A stretch of 42,933 bases of DNA from an uncultured Syntrophales bacterium (GTDB lineage Bacteria; Desulfobacterota; Syntrophia; Syntrophales; Smithellaceae): assembly GCA_964470015.1 (NCBI GenBank), contig CAYYBK010000001.1:1-42933 (forward strand), written 5' to 3'. This document shows positions 9,655 through 17,516 of this stretch, piece by piece; position 1 is the stretch's first letter, and the number at the start of each line of letters is the position of its first letter. Position numbers and translations under genes: made by a program. Under the pieces are notes generated by a model. The model did not search any database. It had not been told where the DNA came from and saw only the letters and a program-made list of their open reading frames with translations.

Positions 9655-10629
9655 ATGCACATTCAAGAAGTTTTCGCCGCTTATAAGGCCGACATGATGG
9701 AGGTGGGAAAACATCTCGACAAATATATAACTTCGGAAGTAAAACTGATTCCCGAAGTTGCCCATCATCTGATCGACAGCGGCGGTAAAAGATTCCGCCC
9801 GCTTCTGCTGCTCATAGTTTCCCGGCTTTGCGGCTATGCAGGCGAACAGCGCTATCCTATGGCTGCCGCTATCGAGTTTATCCATACCGCCAGTCTTTTG
9901 CATGACGACGTCATTGATCAAGCGGCAATCCGTCGCGGCAAAACTTCCGCCAACAACCTTTGGGGCAATGCCGCCAGTGTTCTGGTCGGCGATTTTCTAT
10001 ATTCCAAGGCATTCAAGCTGCTCGCCGCAACGGACAGTATAGATTTGATCAAGTTGCTTTCCCAGATTACCAATGTCATGTCGGAAGGTGAAGTTTTCCA
10101 ACTGATGAAATGCGGTGATGTCAATATCACCGAAGAAGAATATATGGCTATTATTGAAAAAAAAACCGCCGTGCTGCTGTCGGCTGCCTGTGCTTCCGGA
10201 GCGATTCTTGGCGCGGCGACACGGGAGAAAATCAACGCCATGTATCAATTCGGCCATAGCATAGGCATGGCATTTCAAATCACCGACGACACACTGGATT
10301 ATATGGCCAGGGAAGAAGAATTCGGCAAGTCGATCGGTAAAGACCTTGCCGAAGGCAAAATGACTTTGCCGCTTATTTTTGCCCTCCGCAATTCCTCTCC
10401 CGCGGAAAAACATCAAGCCCGAGAAATGATTGCCGGTAAAACCGCCGATAAAAAACTTATTCCTTTGATTTTGGGGCTGATCCAAAAATATAACGGCATT
10501 GATTATTCCCTGCAGGCTGCTGCAAAATATATCCAGGAGGCCCGTTCTTTGCTGGATGTTTTTAGCAACGGTCCGGAGATTGATCAACTCAACGCCGTGG
10601 CCGAATACGTTCTTACCCGCCGTATATAA
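9655..10629 (+). CDS. trans-polyprenyl diphosphate synthase (octaprenyl/heptaprenyl type; chain length not determinable)
   Basis: First aspartate-rich motif LLHDDVIDQAAIRRG and second motif QITDDTLDY. Confidence 0.8.
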   Translation: MHIQEVFAAYKADMMEVGKHLDKYITSEVKLIPEVAHHLIDSGGKRFRPLLLLIVSRLCGYAGEQRYPMAAAIEFIHTASLLHDDVIDQAAIRRGKTSANNLWGNAASVLVGDFLYSKAFKLLAATDSIDLIKLLSQITNVMSEGEVFQLMKCGDVNITEEEYMAIIEKKTAVLLSAACASGAILGAATREKINAMYQFGHSIGMAFQITDDTLDYMAREEEFGKSIGKDLAEGKMTLPLIFALRNSSPAEKHQAREMIAGKTADKKLIPLILGLIQKYNGIDYSLQAAAKYIQEARSLLDVFSNGPEIDQLNAVAEYVLTRRI

Positions 10630-10654
10630 CGAAGCTGCGCCGGCATCGCCTTAA

Positions 10655-12223
10655 TCAAATGACCGGTGGCGCAAAATAATCTGCGCCGATGATGCCGTCG
10701 CGGTCATTTTTCAGCGCCAGCGGCAAAAATTCAAGAATATCTTTTGCCGTCATACCATCCGCGCCTTTCTCCGCCGCTGTCAGATCCCCGGCATAACCGT
10801 GCAGAAAAACCCCTTTGCGCGTTGCTGCTTCCGGATTCAAACCCAAACCGAACATTGCGGCAATACAGCCGGTAAGCACGTCACCGGAGCCGGCCGTTGC
10901 CATGCCGGAATTGCCGCTTAAATTGACATAGACATTGCCCGCCGGCAAACCGATCAGGGAATGAGCGCCTTTCAAAACAATTATCGCATTCAGAGCGCCG
11001 GCTGTTTCCTGCAGAATTTTGATTTTATCGGCACTTATTTCCGGAATCGTTTTTCCGGTCAATCGCGCCATTTCCCCCAAATGAGGCGTCAAAATTGTTG
11101 CAAATCGGCGTTTCCGTAAAAGAGACAAATCGGCGGCAGCCAGTGCGGTAATTCCATCGCCGTCAATTAAAAGAGGCTTTTCGGTGCAACAAATTAACTC
11201 CTGCACAAGACGAGCTGTTTCCTCTTGCAGAGAGAGGCCCGGACCGATCACCACCATATCGGCAGCCTCTGCTGCAGCCATTAAATTTTTCTTGTTCTTC
11301 AGCGCAATACTCCCCGCCACGGTTTCTTTTTGCGGCAGATAAACAATTTCCTTTCCTTCCTGTGCGATAAAGGGCACAACTGATTTCGGAGCAGCAAGCC
11401 TCGCATACCCGCCGCCCGCCTTTAGAAAAGACATAGCGGAAAAATATGGTGCTCCGAAATAATTGGCTGCTCCGGCAATAAATAACACATCACCCATTAA
11501 TCCCTTATAAGCCTCCGCGGGACGCGGCGGCAGCGGCAAATTACCATTAGTTTCCACCCGAGGGTCAGCCTGTATATAAAGCGCAGGCGGAAAAGAAATA
11601 TGCGTAACAAATAGTTTACCGCATAAACCACAGCCGGGATAAAGCATATTGCCTGTTTTCGGCAGTCCGAAAGTCACCGTATAATCAGCCTGGATTGCGG
11701 CACCCATAACTGCGCCGGTATTGCCGTTTACACCGGAGGGGATATCCAGTGCGATGACCTTACGGCGACATGTGTTGATGAGTCCAATGACATCAGCAGC
11801 TAAGCCTTTGACCTCACGGTCGAGGCCGGTCCCGAATATTGCGTCGATAACAGCAGCACTATGCAGCACATCCATGCGGACTTCCGCTACCGAACCTAAC
11901 TCGACCAGTTCAATAGGAAGTTTCGTAATGATCTCCAGATTAGTTCTTGCCGCCCCGCGATATTTCTTCCTGTCGCCTGTAAAAAATACTTTTACAGCTC
12001 CCCCCCGGGAATGAATCAGGCGGGCGACCGCCAACCCGTCACCACCGTTGTTGCCGGTGCCGCAAAAAATAACAAACTTTTCACCGCGGATTCCGATTTC
12101 TTGTTGCAGCAACCTGATCGCAGCAAGAGCTGCATTTTCCATCAATATTTCTTCGCTGATGCCAAATTTCTCCATGGCCTGCCGGTCCATAGAACGCATT
12201 TCCTCAACAGAAGCTATTTTCAT
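10655..12223 (-). CDS. nnr: bifunctional NAD(P)H-hydrate epimerase / ADP-dependent NAD(P)H-hydrate dehydratase
   Basis: YjeF_N motif GTGNNGGDG plus a C-terminal kinase-like domain with GSGDVLTG. The start is placed at ATG 12223 (MKIASVEEMR), which is preceded by AAGGAG. Confidence 0.85.
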   Translation of the reverse strand: MKIASVEEMRSMDRQAMEKFGISEEILMENAALAAIRLLQQEIGIRGEKFVIFCGTGNNGGDGLAVARLIHSRGGAVKVFFTGDRKKYRGAARTNLEIITKLPIELVELGSVAEVRMDVLHSAAVIDAIFGTGLDREVKGLAADVIGLINTCRRKVIALDIPSGVNGNTGAVMGAAIQADYTVTFGLPKTGNMLYPGCGLCGKLFVTHISFPPALYIQADPRVETNGNLPLPPRPAEAYKGLMGDVLFIAGAANYFGAPYFSAMSFLKAGGGYARLAAPKSVVPFIAQEGKEIVYLPQKETVAGSIALKNKKNLMAAAEAADMVVIGPGLSLQEETARLVQELICCTEKPLLIDGDGITALAAADLSLLRKRRFATILTPHLGEMARLTGKTIPEISADKIKILQETAGALNAIIVLKGAHSLIGLPAGNVYVNLSGNSGMATAGSGDVLTGCIAAMFGLGLNPEAATRKGVFLHGYAGDLTAAEKGADGMTAKDILEFLPLALKNDRDGIIGADYFAPPVI

Positions 12224-12356
12224 TACAAAACTCCTTATGAGCAGTCGCCCCCATGATTGTTTTAACCATTCAATCCCACAAATAAGTTTTTCTTTACGTG
12301 CCACTTATAGTACATTTACAGAAAAATTTTGCCACCAATATTTTCAGGAAGATTTT

Positions 12357-13199
12357 ATGCAACAGCTAACCGAATTGATAAAAACAAGAGCGTCCTGCCG
12401 AACGTACGCAGACAAACCGACGGGAGAAAAAGCGCTGCAGGAATTCAGCCGTATTGTTGCGAAAGAATATCGCGGCCCGTTTGGCAACAGGCCGGAATTT
12501 CAGCTAATCAGCATGGATATGTCTTCCCCTACAGAACGCAAAAAGCTGGGAACTTACGGTGTAATCAAAAACGCCCGGTTTTTTCTGGCCGGAAAAATAA
12601 AAAAAGCGGAAAAAGCAGTGGAAGATTACGGCTACTGTATGGAATCATTGATTTTGCAGGCAACAGCACTCGGTCTGGGAACCTGCTGGCTGGCGGGAAC
12701 CTTCAATGCCACGGGATTTGCTCAAAAAGTAGAATTGCAACCGGATGAGCTTCTTCCGGCGATAAGCCCGGTGGGATATCCCGCCAGCCACAAATCTCTA
12801 ACAGAAAAAATATTCCGCCGGTTTGCCGGGGCAAATTATAGAAAACCATGGTCGGATATTTTCTTTAAAGGAAATTTCTCTGAACCATTAACTTGGGAAC
12901 AAGCTGGAGTATATGCCGCAGCAATAGAAAATGTCCGTCGCGCACCTTCCGCTTCCAACAGGCAACCCTGGCGGATTTTACTTGATAACGCCGGTAATAT
13001 TTTCCATTTTTACCTGGAACGGTCCTTCGGTTATAAATTACGCGAAATAGCTATTCAGGATATCGATATGGGCATCGCCATGAACCATTTCGAACTTACA
13101 GCCCGGGAAGCAGGCTATGCGGGTGGATGGTCTAACGACAAGAATGCCCCTCAAAAAAAACGTTGGGATTATATCGTCAGCTGGCAGGATAAAAGTTGA
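12357..13199 (+). CDS. nitroreductase-superfamily protein (atypical, about 280 aa)
   Basis: The real start is probably ATG 12357 (MQQLTELIKTRASCRTY), because the longer ORF from 12048 overlaps nnr on the opposite strand. The RRAPSASNRQPW nitroreductase motif occurs only at about residue 194, far from the N-terminal R-x-S-x-R-x-Y motif. Confidence 0.6.
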   Translation: MQQLTELIKTRASCRTYADKPTGEKALQEFSRIVAKEYRGPFGNRPEFQLISMDMSSPTERKKLGTYGVIKNARFFLAGKIKKAEKAVEDYGYCMESLILQATALGLGTCWLAGTFNATGFAQKVELQPDELLPAISPVGYPASHKSLTEKIFRRFAGANYRKPWSDIFFKGNFSEPLTWEQAGVYAAAIENVRRAPSASNRQPWRILLDNAGNIFHFYLERSFGYKLREIAIQDIDMGIAMNHFELTAREAGYAGGWSNDKNAPQKKRWDYIVSWQDKS

Positions 13200-13326
13200 A
13201 CTGTTTCCGCAGCTTGGAACAAAAGAAGGGAATATTGAATTCTGATATATTTCAGCCCAGAAGGTCGCCATGAAATTATGATGATAAATCCCTCTGCTAA
13301 ATCCAGTTCATATCTATAGACCGAAG

Positions 13327-13365
13327 AAAAAAACAGGGACGCGATTTGCTCCAATCACGCCCCTG
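13327..13365 (-). terminator. intrinsic terminator after dctM
   Basis: On the minus strand there is a 12-bp stem, CAGGGGCGTGAT / ATCGCGTCCCTG, with two G-U pairs and an 8-nt loop. It is followed by TTTTTTT and lies 30 nt downstream of the dctM stop. Confidence 0.6.
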
Positions 13366-13395
13366 TCCGCTGCTAAAAACATATCTCAGATTTTA

Positions 13396-14715
13396 TTACA
13401 TCAAACCGGCTGCCTTTGGCGCAATCAAGATGATCTGAGGGAAAATAGCCATTAAAGCGGCACCCAGCATCTGCAGAATGAGAAAAGGAACTACTCCGGC
13501 ATAAATATGGGTAAGTTTGACTTCCGGCGGAGCAATACCCTTTAAATAGAAAATTGTATACGCAAAAGGCGGAGATAAAAACGAAGTCTGCAAGATGACG
13601 ATATTCATCATGGCAAACCAAATCGGGTTAAAACCAAGTTTTACGGCAATGGGTGAAAAGAGCGGCACAACGATCATGACAATGCCGATCCAGTCCAGAA
13701 AACATCCCATAATGATAATGATAATCCACATGACCATCAGAATTCCCCATTTACCGAAAGGCAAGGCCATTACCAATTCTTCCACAAAATCACCGCAACC
13801 CATGCGCATGAAAATGCTGGTAAAGAAAGCAGCCCCGATGACAACCATATAGACCATAGCGGAAGTCGTCACTGTTCTGATCGCCGCTTCTTTTATCGTC
13901 GCCCAACTCAAAGACTTGTAAAATGCAGCCAGAATAACTGAAGCAAAAGCACCAAAAGCCGCAGCTTCCGTGGGGGCCGCCAAACCGAAAAATATTGGTC
14001 CGAGAACTGCCAGAATGATAAGGCATACAGGCAAAACAGACGTTACGACCATTTTGACTTTGGTTCTCAGGTCTACCCGTTCTTCTTTCGCAAGGGCCGG
14101 ACCATATTCCGGTTTAATGAAACAAAGAAATAAAATATAAGCAAGGTAGAGAGCGGAAAGCACGATTCCCGGAATAAACGCACCGATCAGCAAGGCACCG
14201 ACGGAAACATTGGCGGTCGGAGCATAAACAAGAATAAGAATGCTGGGCGGAATAAGAATGCCCAATGCCCCGCCCGCGCAAATCGCACCACAGGCCATTT
14301 CCTTGTTATATTTATATTTGAGCATTGCCGGCAGCGCCATGATACCCATGGTAACGACGGTCGCTCCGACAACACCGGTTGCCGCTGCAAAAATCGTGCA
14401 GGCGACAATTGTTGCCGCTGCGAGGCCGCCGCGCAGGCCGCCCAACACCATGTACATGGCGTCAAACAGCCGGCCTGCAATTCCTGCTTTTTCTATAATA
14501 ATGCCCATAAAAATGAAAAGCGGAATAGCAATTAAAATATAATCAGATAAAGCTACATGGATACGCAACATGTAGACATCAGCTATCTGCGGCCCTACGA
14601 AAATAATGCCGAATACGGTAGCAACACCGGCCAGACAAAAACCAATCGGGAAGCCCAGCATGATCGCGGCAATCAGGATAGTCAACATCATGAAGGTTAA
14701 TAATTCTACACTCAT
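13396..14715 (-). CDS. dctM: TRAP transporter large permease subunit
   Basis: 439 aa and highly hydrophobic, with DctM-type multi-TM sequence. The start forms an ATGA overlap with the dctQ stop. Confidence 0.85.
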   Translation of the reverse strand: MSVELLTFMMLTILIAAIMLGFPIGFCLAGVATVFGIIFVGPQIADVYMLRIHVALSDYILIAIPLFIFMGIIIEKAGIAGRLFDAMYMVLGGLRGGLAAATIVACTIFAAATGVVGATVVTMGIMALPAMLKYKYNKEMACGAICAGGALGILIPPSILILVYAPTANVSVGALLIGAFIPGIVLSALYLAYILFLCFIKPEYGPALAKEERVDLRTKVKMVVTSVLPVCLIILAVLGPIFFGLAAPTEAAAFGAFASVILAAFYKSLSWATIKEAAIRTVTTSAMVYMVVIGAAFFTSIFMRMGCGDFVEELVMALPFGKWGILMVMWIIIIIMGCFLDWIGIVMIVVPLFSPIAVKLGFNPIWFAMMNIVILQTSFLSPPFAYTIFYLKGIAPPEVKLTHIYAGVVPFLILQMLGAALMAIFPQIILIAPKAAGLM

Positions 14716-15227
14716 ATCAGCTCCTCCCCTTTAATCAATACGTACAGCTCTTTGATAAAAATAACTATACCCTCCAGCACCAGCAGAAACACTCCCAGCA
14801 TGATCCATGTTTTATAAGGGTAAATCGGCGGCATGAAACCGACTGTTGCGCGTTCCAGTATTGACCACGATTTTATTACATCCAGAAACATTGAATGCAG
14901 AATATTAATCCAGCACACAAAGAACAGCACCACCATAAAGATACACTGCAGCGCAGCATTTACGCGGCGCGGTAGTTTTACGGAAAAGATGTCCACCTTG
15001 ACATGCCCACCCAGCTGCCAGCAATATGCCATGCCGAAAATCATGGCGGCACTGCAAAAAAAGTAAGTTGCATCAAAACTCCATGTTGTTGGCGCATTGA
15101 AAACATATCTGGCAACGACTTCATAGCAGAGCGCTAAAATCAAAAGAACAATACAATAGGAAAATAATTTAGCGATTTTCTCATTCATTTTATGAATAAA
15201 TTTGATTATCGCTTTTATGATGTTCAT
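14712..15227 (-). CDS. dctQ: TRAP transporter small permease subunit
   Basis: About 171 aa with four predicted TM segments. The start is placed at ATG 15227 (MNIIKAI...) behind an AAGGGGG Shine-Dalgarno. The gene sits between dctP and dctM. Confidence 0.75.
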   Translation of the reverse strand: MNIIKAIIKFIHKMNEKIAKLFSYCIVLLILALCYEVVARYVFNAPTTWSFDATYFFCSAAMIFGMAYCWQLGGHVKVDIFSVKLPRRVNAALQCIFMVVLFFVCWINILHSMFLDVIKSWSILERATVGFMPPIYPYKTWIMLGVFLLVLEGIVIFIKELYVLIKGEELI

Positions 15228-15323
15228 AACTACCCCCTTTAATTTACGTTGGTTTTGGAAGTTAACGTCATCATGAAAATCAAATCTATAATTACTGGAT
15301 AAAGCAATATTAATAATCAACAC

Positions 15324-15354
15324 AAAAACGGCGCCGGTTGTTACCGGCGCCGTT
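15324..15354 (-). terminator. intercistronic GC-rich hairpin with a U-run between dctP and dctQ (attenuator / mRNA-stabilising element)
   Basis: Perfect 12-bp inverted repeat AACGGCGCCGGT-TGTT-ACCGGCGCCGTT (15327-15354). On the minus strand it is followed by a T-run. Confidence 0.5.
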
Positions 15355-15368
15355 CAATGTAGTAAAAA

Positions 15369-16439
15369 TTACTTTCTTACCGGGAGCATAAAATCTTCAT
15401 AAGCGATGAAATCATTCCAGAACTTCTGTACGGATGCCCAGGTTTTGGTGTAATGCGCATTGTTTCTCTTTTTCACGTCGCCGTCAATATACGCCCAAGC
15501 CTGTTTGCGGAATTCTCTCTGGGCGGCGGGATCAACGTAAGTCATGATTTTGCCGGCCTTCTTCCAGCCTTCGATCGTTGCAATACCCTGGACAACGTCT
15601 TCGCCCCAGCTCCAAAGAGTCATCGCCATGGCGGCGGACTGAATCATGGCCTTGTATTCTTCGGGAAGAGCGTTGTATTTGGTCTTGTTGAACCCCAGTT
15701 CAAAGAAACAGGTAGGTTGATGCATGCCGGGACCGGCGATATATTTGGTGACTTCATGGAACCCGGTCTGCTTATTGACGATCGGGCTGGAAAATTCGGT
15801 GGCATCGAGGATGCCCCTCTGCAATGCGGGATAGAGCTCACTGCCGGGAAGCATCGTCACGGATACGCCCATTCCTTTAAGAATTTCACCCCACCAGCCG
15901 GGAGTTCTGTATTTCAGACCTTTCCAGTCTTTGAGATCTTTCATGGGCTTGTTGGAATGAGCCAGCAATTCGGGGTGGGTGACGCCGCCGGGGATGGAGA
16001 TGACGTTCTTACCCATCTCATCATACATTTGCTGCATAAGCTCCTTGCCGCCGCCGGCATAGAGCCAGATAATATACATGGAAGGTTCAAGGTGCATAGG
16101 AATGGATGCAAAAAAAGGCGCGGAAGGATGCTTGCCCATCCAGTAGCCGGCCCAGGTATGCCAGGCATCGATGGAGCCTTTATCGGCGGCATCGAGAACT
16201 TCCAGCGCTCCCACAACCGCACCGGTGGGGAGTACCTTAATCTTGAACTGCCCGCCGCTCATGTCACTTACTCTTTTGGCAAAATTTTCCGCCATCTGGT
16301 GTAAAAGCCAGCCCTGTGACCAGGACGTCTGCAATGTCCAGTTAACTTTGGGCAGTTCTTTGGCATATGTAAAGCTGTATGCCCCTAATACCAGAGAAAC
16401 CATGAAACAAAAAACAACCGTTAACCTAAATTTCTTCAT
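15369..16439 (-). CDS. dctP: TRAP transporter substrate-binding protein (DctP-type, COG4663-like)
   Basis: The start is placed at ATG 16439 (MKKFRLTVVF...), 7 nt after AGGAGG. It has a signal peptide and a length and sequence typical of a TRAP periplasmic component. Confidence 0.85.
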   Translation of the reverse strand: MKKFRLTVVFCFMVSLVLGAYSFTYAKELPKVNWTLQTSWSQGWLLHQMAENFAKRVSDMSGGQFKIKVLPTGAVVGALEVLDAADKGSIDAWHTWAGYWMGKHPSAPFFASIPMHLEPSMYIIWLYAGGGKELMQQMYDEMGKNVISIPGGVTHPELLAHSNKPMKDLKDWKGLKYRTPGWWGEILKGMGVSVTMLPGSELYPALQRGILDATEFSSPIVNKQTGFHEVTKYIAGPGMHQPTCFFELGFNKTKYNALPEEYKAMIQSAAMAMTLWSWGEDVVQGIATIEGWKKAGKIMTYVDPAAQREFRKQAWAYIDGDVKKRNNAHYTKTWASVQKFWNDFIAYEDFMLPVRK

Positions 16440-16638
16440 TCTTACACCCTCCTTTAAGAATTCCATTTATGGTTTAAAAAATTAATAAATTGCTTCTTTG
16501 TCCAAGAATCTTATGGTTATAGGACATATTACTAAGCGTTTAGATTAATACAGATTTATCCCCCTCTTTTCGCATCCCATCCTAAAGGTTTCCGGCATCA
16601 CCACCTTTCGCTCATTTTCTAAAAACTTACTTTGGCTT

Positions 16639-16654
16639 TGCAATTCGCATACCA
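16639..16654 (-). promoter_or_regulatory. candidate sigma54 (-24/-12) promoter for dctPQM
   Basis: The minus strand reads TGGTATG-CGAA-TTGCA against the consensus TGGCACG-N4-TTGCW. The invariant GG and GC are separated by 10 nt. The site lies about 200 nt upstream of the dctP start. Confidence 0.4.
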
Positions 16655-17193
16655 TACGGAAACGTTATATGATTATGCAATCGATAACCTTGATCTGCTT
16701 GTTAACTTGTTTTTATTAGTGCGGTTTCGTACAAATAACATTTTGCATATCCGTTTTTCAGAAGCGGGATATCCATTTGAAGATGTTATTTATAGTATAC
16801 GTTCGGCTACATGTTGATATAAATCTACATTTTTGAGGAAAAGAAGCTACATAATGTTCTTTATCAGAATTTGTAGTACTATCCCTATCTTACATATCTA
16901 AAATTTAATAGCAATCTTTTTCAGCATCATGATCGCGGAAAAGTAACATTACCTGATCATAATTTGTTCAGATTCTTAAAAATATTATATATATCTATGG
17001 ATTTATCCGCTTTTTCAATCTTGTTTTTTCTTTTGCTTCCGAAATTTAGCAAAGCTGCGATAACGGTGCTTCATTATACCGGATTATTTTAATCTTTTAA
17101 CCAAGAAAATAACTTCGCCCGGACAAACAAATCCAGAAAAACAATACCGGCAAAAATAAAACCCGATTAACAAACTGGATTGTAATTATTTAT

Positions 17194-17233
17194 TTGACTT
17201 TCCGTGAAGACATGATATAGAACATTTGTTCTA
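17194..17233 (+). promoter_or_regulatory. sigma70 promoter overlapped by a GAAC-N4-GTTC (LexA/Cheo-box-like) palindrome
   Basis: TTGACT (17194-17199), a 16-nt spacer, then the extended -10 TG-a-TATAGA (17213-17221). The 16-nt palindrome TAGAACATTTGTTCTA (17218-17233) covers the -10 and +1. Confidence 0.45.
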
Positions 17234-17516
17234 GCGGCTGATTAATCCTTTGCCGGTCCTTCCGGCCAGCGGCAGGAAATTTTACCGCAGTAACGGAGGC
17301 CGCTTAAGCGCTTTCTAAGATTAAAGAGTTGAATTATTTACCTTAGCTTATGCAGTCATTTGAAAAAAGGGCTCTGCTGATCGAGCAGCACAAAAATATT
17401 AATTATTTACTAAATGCACCCTGTTAAAAAAGTTTGACACTTAATCAAAAAGAAGCTAGTTTGCATAAACTTAACTGTTTGAAAATAGTCGATATTTATG
17501 ATTTGAGGCATAGCCA

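Noticed and set aside
9997-10587. 196-aa minus-strand ORF, with similar long antisense ORFs at 21920-22507, 33048-33620 and 34494-35033
   Set aside because: Each lies inside and opposite a gene with strong catalytic motifs (polyprenyl synthase, alaS, or the ADP-forming acetyl-CoA synthetase). Their composition is typical of mirror frames.
12048-12356. N-terminal 103-codon extension of the nitroreductase ORF
   Set aside because: It overlaps the 5' end of nnr on the opposite strand and has no conserved features. An ATG at 12357, preceded by a purine-rich Shine-Dalgarno-like AGGAAG, starts the recognisable domain. Similar extensions were trimmed for pyrF, DUF4416, nnr, dctQ, dctP and the M16C protease.
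15453-16304. 283-aa ORF on the plus strand
   Set aside because: It lies entirely antisense to the well-supported dctP gene. Its product is G/R/H/F-rich, has no recognisable motifs and has no Shine-Dalgarno. This is a typical shadow ORF.
16632-16817. 61-aa ORF in the AT-rich spacer
   Set aside because: It has a non-ATG start and no Shine-Dalgarno. The product is odd and hydrophobic/aromatic, and the ORF overlaps the candidate sigma54 promoter. It is most likely a chance ORF in AT-rich DNA.
16847-16872. Possible dif (XerC/D) site: CTACATAATGTTCTTTATCAGAATTT
   Set aside because: It shares ATAAT...TTAT with the proteobacterial dif consensus. However, the highly conserved XerD arm (TTATGTTAAAT) and the central TGTATA are poorly matched, and the half-sites are not properly palindromic.
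17015-17074. 19-codon, very basic minus-strand ORF (MKHRYRSFAKFRKQKKKQD)
   Set aside because: It has no Shine-Dalgarno and no obvious promoter. The lysine richness simply reflects A-rich sequence.
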